The notes beneath the pieces were generated by a model that made no database searches, was not told the DNA's origin, and worked only from the letters and a program-made list of their open reading frames with translations. From Mizuhopecten yessoensis (taxonomy: Eukaryota): a DNA stretch of 64,000 nt. Of this stretch, positions 27,801 through 39,800 are shown piece by piece. Where the stretch lies: positions 1,934,615 through 1,998,614 of the forward strand of contig NW_018408921.1 in NCBI RefSeq assembly GCF_002113885.1. The letters run 5' to 3'. The stretch's first letter is position 1, and each line of letters starts with the position of its first letter. The position numbers and the translations under genes are program-made.

Positions 27801-30800
27801 GTAGGGGGAATAGGCAGTGCAATGGGACAAGGATATTTAAGCCTGACATGGTTTGCCGCCATAGAAAAAAAACTACACACTTTCATACATAGTCGGGCTT
27901 TGCTGTGGTGAAATTGGTTTCTATCCACAGCCAAGCATCTATGTGTATACTTTCCTATATCTATCTAGCTGTGGTGAAATTGGTGTAGTTCCAGCACATA
28001 CCTTTATATCTGCTTCAGATGTCACGCTTGCATGATTTTAACTGACCTTGGGTTTAAGTTTACCTGTCAAAATTAGATATGTCAGGGACTGCTGAAAAAT
28101 TCAACGTTTGCATGTCCTGGTAGCGTGCAGTGTTAAAACCCAAGTTAACCTAAGCTCTCACCACAAGTACAGGTTCAAAATTACTGATTTCATGGCAAGA
28201 TCTCTTATGATTAGCAACCCAAGCAGAAACTGGCGAGGTTTTCTATATGACCTGTTTCTTGGCTGGAATTATCAGGTGGGTTGGGATTAGAAGCTGTGGT
28301 TCTGTATGTGTTGAGCAAGGCAGAGCTATATACCACATTTTACCTGTTATAAGACCCATGTAAAACTTGAATGATTGGTGTGGTCACCATTACCAAGCTT
28401 GAGTTCAAATAGGTAAAAATCAGCTGTGCATAGTACACAATGTAACAAGTAAATTAGGAAATAATCATGCTTTTTGGTTGAATCACGTTTTGAGACTTCT
28501 AACAGTGCAGATAATTTCTTCTTGAGTAACTATCTACAGGAAGACTTATCTGTGCTAAAGACAGCAACCTGGATAGACTACAAGTAACTAACCCATTTGG
28601 GTAGGCAACAGACTACCTACATCGACATTATGCCCGGGTAGACTACATTTAACTGTAACCTGTACAGAATACCACTTCCTATACAACTTCACAGATAGCA
28701 TACGTGAGTAGCCGACAGACTACCTACATTGACATTATACCCGGGTAGACTACATTTAACTGTAACCCGTACAGAATACCACTTCCTATACAACTTCACA
28801 GATAGCATACGTGAGTAGCCGACAGACTACCTACATCAACATTATACCCGGGTAGACTACATTTAACTGTATCCCATACAGAATACCACTTCCTATACAA
28901 CTTCACAGATAGCATACGTGAGTAGCTGACAGACTACCTACAACTTTGCAACTTATACAGGCTACATACCGACATCAATACCAAACTGTACCTTGGTAGA
29001 CTACATTTAACTGTAACCCATACAGAATACCACTTCCTATACAACTTCACAGATAGCATACGTGAGTAGCTGACAGACTACCTACAACTTTGCAACTTAT
29101 ACAGGCTACATACCGACATCAATACCAAACTGGACCTTGGTAGACTACATTTAACTGTAACCCATACAGAATACCACTTCCTATACAACTTCACAGATAG
29201 CATACATATGTAGACGACAGACTACCTACATTTATGTAACTTGTACAGGCTATCTACATACAGACACTATACCTGGGTAGACTAGATTTAGCGGTAAGTG
29301 TTGTGATTAGAGAATGTTGACCTGGCTGTGTGGTATTCACTGAGATTACCATCTGTACAAGGTCGGAACATTAACTGTGCCCGGTAGGCCAATCCTGTAG
29401 AGCATGGTTAGATTGACCACTTATTGAAACCAATTATCATGCAAGGCCCTTACATAGACATCAAATTAATGGGCTCACAGTTATGTTCCCATAGAGCACA
29501 CCTTTTTCGCTATAACCTCAATTCTTCTAAATGAGGAATTTATTTAATAAATTTCAATATCTTACAGTTTGCAACTTGTGTCTTTTTATAAAATTAGATT
29601 TTGAATTTTAGTTTCTACCCTCAGCAGACCATGTTTTTGTCTCCCCACCCACAACCAATAGTGATTTATAAAGGTGTATAAGGGTCAGGATTAGACTTAG
29701 GCAGAGATTTTCTTTGGATAGAGCCACTCCAAGTTATCCAACATTAAAATCCTTTGTCATTGTGACACCTGTGTCATCTGTCTTGATCACGGAATCAATA
29801 TGTCATTTTCAAAATACAAAAAAATCCTGTCATAAATTTGTAGTACATGCATAGACTGTATGTCTGACAAGCCATCCTATAGAACTAAATACACAGGTTC
29901 CTTGCTGCCGAAATTTAAATGTTATTGAAATGTCGGTCTTGATTCATTGCAGTGTTTTGTCAGAAAGTTCACCTGGAGTAAAATATAGTGAAATCCCCTA
30001 GGCTTGCATAGTTATATTGAGCTTAACCCATTCACCCCCCTAAAGTCAAATTTGAACCTTACCAAATCAAAGATTGGGCAAGTCAAGTTTAGATATGTAG
30101 GGTTTAATGAGTATAACCAAGAAGAATACAATTTTAATGCACAAATATCCTAATGTACTTAAAATCTCTGGGAATAGTAGGTAGCTGAAGGTAATAATGA
30201 AGTATTAATTAATGACGAAAGGCACGGATATATGGCAGCTATTAATTTCCGATTAATTAATCAAACTTTCTTTATCAGCCATTTCTAAGAGAAGGATTCG
30301 AGAAAATTAAAAATAGAAAGAAATGGTAAAGATATTTCAATTGTACTTATCTTTTGCTGTGATTGGTCAAAGCTAATAGGAATTCAATATGATATGCGAT
30401 TTTTGGGGATATGCATATTTTGACCTGAAGCAGAAAAATAGAAAAAGTATTTTGCAATATTTCAATATGCACTTTAAAGGACCTGTAAAAAACACAGTTG
30501 ATTAATCTTGGACTACAACCTTGGTGAATACACATTTTAGCACAGTTTGGCTGGCCTTAGTAAAAAGCTATATATAGATGTACTGTTAAATGCACAGTTT
30601 GTTGGGCGCCCATGTCACCTATGCGTGACATTGATATCATACGATGTTCATGTTCGTTTACCTTTCGATAACTGTTATCAATTCTGATGTGCAGTATCTG
30701 TAACTTAATTTAGTAGTTATGCAAAAGGTTAGCATTGTTTTGACTGACAAAGTAAATATTGGGTCTTATTTTTCATCCTTAAATTTTTCTTACTTTATCA

Positions 30801-33800
30801 TCCTGCTGATTTCAAAATGTCAAAAAAATGTCCATTTCGGAGAAGATTTTTGAAAACTGTAAACATATGGAGTTTTTACAGTATGTTATGTTGAGAAACC
30901 AACACTGAATGTGTCACGTACTAGTGAGTGCACCCAAGCCTCAATTTCATTTTTTATAAAGTACAAAAAAGGGATGTGCATATATGCTGATAAATACTAT
31001 CTAGGAGCCTAATGTTATGTTGCACTTGTGGTATTTTATCAGTTCTCAACGTGATCTAAATTAACTCATTCACTCTAAAGACACATTTGAACTCTTCCAA
31101 TTCAAAGGTTGGAATAGATCATTATGAAATTTCAGGGGAGATTGAGTTAAAAACCCATTGCCAGTGATCTGAGGACTCGCTGGCAGTAATTAATAAATCA
31201 TTTAACATGAGAAAAGTACTTATAAACTTGGAGTACTGTTATCAGAGAGATTTTTGTGAGAACTACATGTCCTTCCCACATTAAGTTACAAGTTTCTTTC
31301 CTAATGAGAGTTTGTGTTATTGGTTTAAGTTGGTCTTTACCTGTTAACACATACATCGTGTATATAGGGTAGGGAGGTCACTGTTCTAAGCATTCTATTC
31401 CCAGATATTATCAGCTAGAGTCACAGCAAATAAAATCAGGATAAAAAGCTACATAGGGGTGAAAGATTTAATAACTACGTTTATTATGTTTTTGACTAAT
31501 GTCTGCTGTAATGATAAAATTGCAACTTATGGAGGGCAAAATAGACGAAAGGTAAATTGTGACAAACAAGTTCTCCGTATAGTGTTATAACAGGTGGGAC
31601 AGGATTAGCCCAGCTAGTTAACATAGGCCAGAGATTCTTATGTGATATTATTGTGTTATTTTATAGGTTTGTTGCAATTAACAGCTATATTTCCTATTCC
31701 TACGCATGTGTGACTTTAAATAAAGATTCCTGTATACAACAAAAACCTGATTTACAATTTAACAAAACTTCAATTTACTATTAAACCTGTATCCTTATTT
31801 CATTCGCTGTGACTCTAGCTGATAATATCTGGGAATAGAATGCGTAGAACAGTGACCTCCCTACCCTATATATATACACGATGTATGTGTTAACAGGTAA
31901 AGACTAACATAAACAAATTACACAAACTCTCATTAGGAAAGAAACCTGTAACTATGTGGGAAGGACATGAAGTTGTCATAAAAATCTCTCTGATAACATT
32001 ACTCCAAGTTTATAAGTACTTTTCTCATGTTATTGTTTTTAATAATTACTGCCAGCGAGTCCTCAGATCACTGGCGATGGGGTTTTAACTCATTCTCCCC
32101 TGAAATTTCATAATGAACTATTCTAACCTTTGAATTGGAAGAGTTCAAATGTGTCTTCAGGGGTGAATGAGTTAATACAGAGTACTTTACTAAGAAGATA
32201 GACAGTACTTTACTAAGAAGATAGGTTAATGTAAGTGAATATCTCAACCTAAGTCAGCATTTAACATCAGAGCAATATTTGGAATCCAAGTCTGGCAGAT
32301 TTGTTTAATAATATTTCTTGATAAATATACTAGATTAAGCAAACCAGACTTTGTGAAACGTTTGGCTAGCTGTCAACACCTCATGATGTCCCATCAACCC
32401 TTTCAAACTGCCAATCTCTGGGGTTTAAGGTTTTGTGGTAATGTCACCCAAAAATGTCCTCGTTCTAATTGTTGTTTCACCTGGAACATTGGAGAGGGTT
32501 GAAACTTCAGTTTTTGATAGCTTCACCTCTTCTGGGTTTTATTTTGACCTGCTTTTTATGAGTCATGCTTAGTATTGAAGATAAAGCATGAACTATTATA
32601 TCCTGATAATGTATTTATCAGTACTTAGAAGGAAAAAAATGATCACAACCGTGCACTTGTTTTGTTGCACTTCAGTTCCTGTACACTAACTGTATTATAT
32701 TTTGGACATCATTTCCCTGGCTTTATTTATCTCATATATAAGATAACAGATCTACATGGGGGCTGCGGTGGGCGAGTGGTTGGCGTCTTGACATTCTGCT
32801 TCCACTCGCCCTCCACCACTGGGTCACACTTGGTTCAAGGCCTACGTGGGGCAGTCGCCAAGTACGTGCCAAAGGTCTGTGGTTTTTCTCCGGGTACTCC
32901 GGTGTTCCTCCACCACCAAAACCTGGCACGTCCTTAATGCCTAAATGACCATAGCTGTTATATTGATACAACGTTAAAGACAAATAAATTAAACAGATCC
33001 ACATAAGGTTTTATTGGTTATAAGACGAAAGCATATGTCCATGACAGAAGAGTTAATGCTTTGGATGTAAGCATGCACCTTTAACCCTTTCACCCCTAGG
33101 TAACTTTAGTAGACTCTACCATCCAATTATCTGGATGAGTCCATCGTGGTTGACAGTGCGTGGTGAAAGGGTAAAGTTGGTGTGAGTGCATGAAACGTTG
33201 GCTGTGTTGCTGTAGGAGACCCTTGTATGAAAGTGCAGGTGCACCAGAGATTAACCTCGAGGGCAATCACACGACAAATTTTCTGTTCAGAGACAAATTA
33301 ATACAGCAAACAATCCCTATATAGGGATATTTATTGATGAAAATGTACCTTGAATTCCCATGTACTCCTTATTTAAAGAGTTGTATAATGAAATTTTAAC
33401 AAAGAGGAACCAATTTATTCATTAGATACGAAAGAGGATTTGCCCCAAATGTTTCACTGGCCCCGGCCTCGCAGCAAAAGCTTGATCTAGACGATGTCTC
33501 GGAAGACGAAGAGACTCCGATTCCGCACAGGAAGCTGACAATTCCGGATAAAGTAACAGTTACGTCCCTAAGTGTGGACAAGCAGACTTCTGAATATCGA
33601 GAGTGGGAGGTCCTTAGCGAGTCGGAAGATTCTTCACAGCTGTCTGATGGTCAGTATTCTGTCTGTGTGTTTTTAGTATGACAGAAATGCAATGTAACAC
33701 TCAAAATCTGTTCACATAGATTTGTCAGAGAATTGATCGCGAACTCAGTATCTGACAATTATTTATTCTGAGACATTTTAACCTGACTTATTTTCTTTTA

Positions 33801-36800
33801 TTTTGTTATATACATTTCAAAATACCCAATTAAGTAAATGCCTGTTTCTTGAATTAATTCATCAGGCGAGATTATCAAAAGCGTTTTCTCAAATATTTGT
33901 TGACTATACTGTCTCTACAGTAACAAAATAGGAATTATTGATAAAAGAAAAAATCAGTTTCTGAATATTATTGACCAGAAAGTTAATTGAGACTTCTTGT
34001 ATAAGTTCACTGACTAATATAAGCACGGATATAAAACAAATATAGTTGATTTGATTTATAAACATCTGACATTTACAAAGGTGAAGTTCTTTTTTTGGAA
34101 TAAAAATAACAAAATCAGTTTTCATATTTTCAGGAGAAGAAAATGGTTCTACACTTTCCCCCAAATCAGCAAAGGTTGTGGAAATCCAGGAGATGGAAAT
34201 GGTCCAGCGGGCTCTGAACAGAAAAATCGGAAGCTCTCAGGAAGAAAAAGAGGATTTCCTAAAAGACTTCTCAAATTTACAGAAGAAGCGTGAAGAACAA
34301 CTAAACAGATGTATCCAATCAAAAAAATCTCTCAAACAGGTATGATTTTGTTTGTAAATATAATTTCTAAAAACAAATTTTCCTTGATATTGAAACTTTG
34401 GTGTTGGTATAAGTTGATATGGGGCCGCGGTGGTGGAGTAGTTAAGGCGTGTGACCATCTACAATCACTTGCCTTCCACCACTGGGTCGCATGTTCGAGG
34501 CCTACATGTGGCAGTCACCAGCTAGGGGGTGCAGGTCGGTGGTCTTCTCTGGGAACTCCAGTTCCCCTCCACAAACAAAACCTAGTTAGCTTATCCGTAA
34601 ATAATCATAGCTGTCAATAGGACGTTAAAGCACAAACAAACACAAGTTTAGAGTTGTGTATGATACTGAAATTTTTGTGTGTCTAAATTTTCACAGGTAG
34701 ATATTATTTTTCACCTGTAATTGTGCTGTTTCATCACAGTACAATTTCACAGAACAGTAGCCCCTCTTCTTTCACATGTTGTTGACGACCTCACAACAAA
34801 AAAAATATGGATTTCCTCTCGCATACACCATTGTCAATCACATGAAAGAAGTTGTTCCAGACTACAGTTGTCAAATGATTTTGGAAATATAACTTGTTTT
34901 TACAGGAGTTATCTGCCCTTAAGTTGTCTACGAGGGAGAAGTTACAGCGACTAGCCGACCAGAACGAGAAGCTAGAGAAGGACATGGAGAAAATGAGGAT
35001 AGAATCGGAATGTCGTTTGGAGGAGGCACAGGATGACAAGGAGAGGCTGTTGAAGGAAATCAAACGCTTGCAAGGGAAAGACAACATTGAGGTAAAGTTG
35101 ATATTTAGATAGGTCTTAACAATAAAATCACATCAGAGAAAGGTCAAGGTCACTGCTTTGAAAGGTCACAATATAGCAAGGTCACTACAGCATAAACAGA
35201 TGTGTACGTAGCTGAAGATGATGAAGTGGTTTTGTGGAAGAAATGAGTGAAATATGGTGAGAAATCAGTGGCTGGTGATAGACGCAGGACTTTCAATAAA
35301 ATACAGCCAGTTTTGTTGAATTGTACTGAAAACCGGATGATTCATTGGTAAAGCAGAAACACATGCTAGAATTAAGCTTTTCCCAGTCATTCTGTTTTCT
35401 GTTCAATGTCGGTATGATTTTACCTGCAGGTCGTACATTTCTGGGTCATTAGACTTCTGGTTTAGTTGGAGGCCTGTCTGCACATGCTTGAGTTTCTCTT
35501 TATCAGTTTATATCACCACTGGCTGTAACTTCTGGAGAGAGAAAAAATGTTTTGTGGTAGAAGATGCACTTGTGTGGTCTGCAATATGATGACATAGAAC
35601 ATTAAAACTGCTGTTGATGCTATCAATTCGTGTGTAATGGATCACAACAAATGATGGTATCATCAATTCTTGTGATATAGAATACAGAAAATGATGATGT
35701 CATCAATTCTGGTGATATAAAATACAGAAAATGATGATGTCATCAATTTTGACGACATATATAATACAGAAAATGATGATGCTGTAAGTTGTGCAGTAAC
35801 AAGATTGCTTTTCATGAAAACCAAAACTGTCAGTAATATTTCAGAAAGATTCTATGAAGGGTTTTTGAGTAAATAGTTTCGGGTTTGAAGTGAAACATCT
35901 GAACTTGCTATGGTACGAGTGGATCCTTCGTTTGGAGAAGGTAGGCCAAAGGTGGCTATATGATTGTTATTAGTTATCTCTATGGTATAACCTTGATGTA
36001 ATGTCCCTTGTTTCATTTGTCACCTCCCTTATTGCCAACATGTTTCAAGGTCCTTTTGTCTCTTTTCGTAAGAATTCATTTATTCTATACCAGGAAACTT
36101 TCGTGCAGTAAAGTATTCGCCGTTTTCCGATAAAATCCTTATTTTGCCATTTACATGTATTACTATATATTTCATGTTGTGTACTTATATTCGCTGTCAT
36201 GATAAATTCGCCCTCATTAATGCCAAAATTTCTCAAGACAGATCGTGGCAGTAAATGATGTTTTACTCTTTATTGCTATTCAATGGCAAATATGAACACA
36301 ATTTAATTCGTTCTACATTAAACTGTTAGTTTTATATACATGACCCACCTTATTAAATGTGAGTGCCTGGGAAGGTTGTCAATAGAACAGCGACAGGAGC
36401 GTGTTTTTGGCATGTACACAGATCTGACAATTATGTGTATCTGTGTATATTAATTATTACTCATGGGAGGAACATTGTATACCATACCAGCCTAGAGTAA
36501 TGGCGGCATTGACTAAGCCTTTATTCTAGGCATCAATAAGAGATATCTGATTTTACCTCAAGATGTTTACTGGAATCTCCATCAGGTTTTCCTCTTGAAT
36601 AAAATAAATGTGAAGATTTTGAAGACCTAGTCAAAATCTATGAACGGTTACTTAAGTCATACATTATGTATAAAGATGTTTCAAATTGTCCTGCAAAAAG
36701 TAATATTCTTACTTTTCAAAATAGGTGAGAAATGTCTAGTTACTTTACTGGATAATAATTGGAAAAAAATAATAAGGTTCTATTAAACTTTGCGAAACGT

Positions 36801-39800
36801 TTATGTATTAAACACAATTGAATATATATCTAAAAACAGCCTACATATTTCCCGATGAATCGGAATGGAATTGTGTGTATTGCATATGTAGTCAGTAACC
36901 CCAAAGGGTCAAAAGTTCAGAGGTGATGTTTGTGGTGGTGGTAAAGGGTCAGACAGCTATGTTATGTAATCCTGTCTGTTGTGATGAATCACCTGGACAA
37001 GGTGATGTGCGAGTCGAGACTACATGTCACCTGTGTAGAGCAGGTCGTGCGCCATCGATGGTGGAACATCAGGACATACCTTGGTCGTCGGACTGTATCG
37101 GGGTTTAATAAAAATATCTGATATTCACAGATACGCCCGAATGAGCAGACAGATATGTAATTGGGACAGAGGAGCGACTTCACCAGGACACGCTTGCTTG
37201 AGCAGATAGGTTTATATATCAGGACGCAGACATTTCACTACTTGGCTTAATGTTTAGTATATGACAGTGATACTTCAAGGGGACTGACAGAAACTTCCCA
37301 GGTTTACTTTAATGCTAATGGCACACCCACACATGGCCACTAAGACTTCATTTGATCTGACTTGTGGCCTAATTCCTAGTTCCCTGATCAGAAACAGGTC
37401 ATCAAATTTCAATAACAAGTTGTGTTTTATCAAGCATTAACGTCAGAGGCAACTATTAGACAGCAAATATAAACATGGGTGGGGTGGGGGGTGGGGGAGG
37501 GAGTCATCCTGAAATATTTATCCCTGTTCATAATGATCAATATATCCCTTTCCCTGAATTATAAATCCTCTATGTTTTTGGAAATAAAGATTTATGGAAA
37601 CTTAAAACAAATATATATGTGATGTATTTGCCTTGTATGTATTGGCACCAGATCCTCGATCAATAAAGACATTTTGTAAACAATGTGCCTTTGGAGGATC
37701 AAAATGGAAATTTGCCAGAACTAGAAAAAAACATCACGAAATTGATTTTGACTCCCAACATAATCTTTGCAGATGAATGGAAATGTGTAAAACAAACATT
37801 GATTGGGGTTCTGTCCATAGTGTTTTAGAGTAACATTCATGTACATCGGACGCAGAATCCACAGTGCTGTATTGGGTGGAAGAGTCTGATGTATATTGTG
37901 TATAGGGGAGGATGTTTAGGCGGCTTGTGCTGTGGTTATAGAATCCTGGCTGGCAGACACCCATATGGCACTGGTGGAATGTCTGCTATGTGTTATGTGT
38001 GGAGCTTGTGTTGTGGTGGCTAGGTCTGGTAGGATCAGCTCTCTGTTCTCCAGGAGGGGGTGTCAGATTGTTATACTGCAGAGGGAGATTGTAGTGTTGT
38101 AAAGAAATGGTTTGGAAAACTATCCTACGTAACATTTAATTTCATTAATGCATATATTAACTTTAATTACTGTGAAGTCAGATATCTTTATGGGGCCCAA
38201 ATTTTGTTGTTTCCCGACAAAATACCATTGCGTGGGTACATGAATTCATGAATTCAGAGTACCCACTCAGATGGAGGATTGCTTTTTATCAAACTTATAA
38301 TTACTTAATGGACCTATGAATTCTTGGTTGAAGATTAACCAAGAAATCAGCAAAATAAACAAGAGGCCCATGGGCCTTAACGGTCACCTGAGTCCTACAG
38401 TATTTATTTTTGTTGTTGAAATATGTACCAATTTGAGTAAAAAATAGTTAAGTATAATGTTAACTTAACTTTGTCAGGACCATGAGCTGATCATTCCTAG
38501 ACCGATTTTAAATAAGATCGGCCTATTAGAAATTGTTTTTAAGTTTAGAATAGGTATTTACAAAATAGCGGCTGTGGTGGCCATATTGGATTTCTGATTG
38601 ACCTGAAAAATAACAACACTTTGTCAGGACCATGAGTCGATCATTCCTACCAACTTTCAGTTCAATCGGCCCAGCAGAACTTGACTTTAAGTTTGAAATG
38701 TAAAATGTTAACGGACGACGGACGACGGACGACGACGGACGAAAACGGATAGCAATAGGTCACTTGAGCTAAAGCTCAGGTGACCTAAAAAACCACGTGA
38801 AAATAAGTGATTTCATAGCATCTTACAACAATAATTGATCAAGTTCTATCTACTTCGCACTCTTATTGGCCTGGATAGTCGCACAAAGGGTCTTAATTCA
38901 TTGTATAAGAGAAAACAGGAGTTAAAAAATGCTACCCACTTTGCCAACAGACCATCCGTAACATTCATAATTGCGAATGGCATGAAAAAGAATTAAAGAC
39001 CCCCGTACCACTACCAAAACTGTATCTAAGTACTGTTTTCCTGGCATGCCTATAGCTTTGATAAATCTTTTCCTAAAGGAAAACCATGCCTTGCAGGACT
39101 TTTATGAGATATAATAAATATGAAAGAAACTAAATATAAATCAACTACAGTGTTCTGAGGCCAGACTGGGATTCAAGTTCTGGGCTTCAGATTGTTAAAC
39201 TATCGCTCTAACTGATTGAGCTACCTCAGGACAACGGAAGTGGCCTGGCCAAGGTGTGCTACAGCTATAATCCGAACAGATGTTTAGGGGAGGCTACTGT
39301 ATATAGGAAAAAATACCGTGCAGTGGGACAGGGATCTTTAAGTTATAAGTCAAAATTAGTTCAAAGACTGGACTTTCTATGGTTATACATGGAGTGAGCT
39401 GACGTAAGCCTAACATGACAGACCGCAGACAGGCTGTGTCTCTTTAGTACAGAGACAAGCTCAGACCTTGTTTAGATGAAGTCATTCCTTTACATGCTTG
39501 ACTGGCATTGTTTTGTTGATAATGCAGAGCCAATAATCTTGGGTCAGTCAGTACAAGTGGCAGACATTAGCTGTTTATATCTGGTATGGAATGCACATCA
39601 GCACTGCAATGTTCCATTGCTTCTGTAGACAAGCAACCTAGCTCGCCCCACTGTGTATTCTATGGACAGACGAGCGCACCCAGATACTGGTTTGAACTGG
39701 CTGGGCCGATGATCTTTATATAGGGTTTTGTCTGTTAGTCTATTGACTGCTAGACATGACTATGATAATATCATTAACTTGCAACTAACACTGGGTGACT

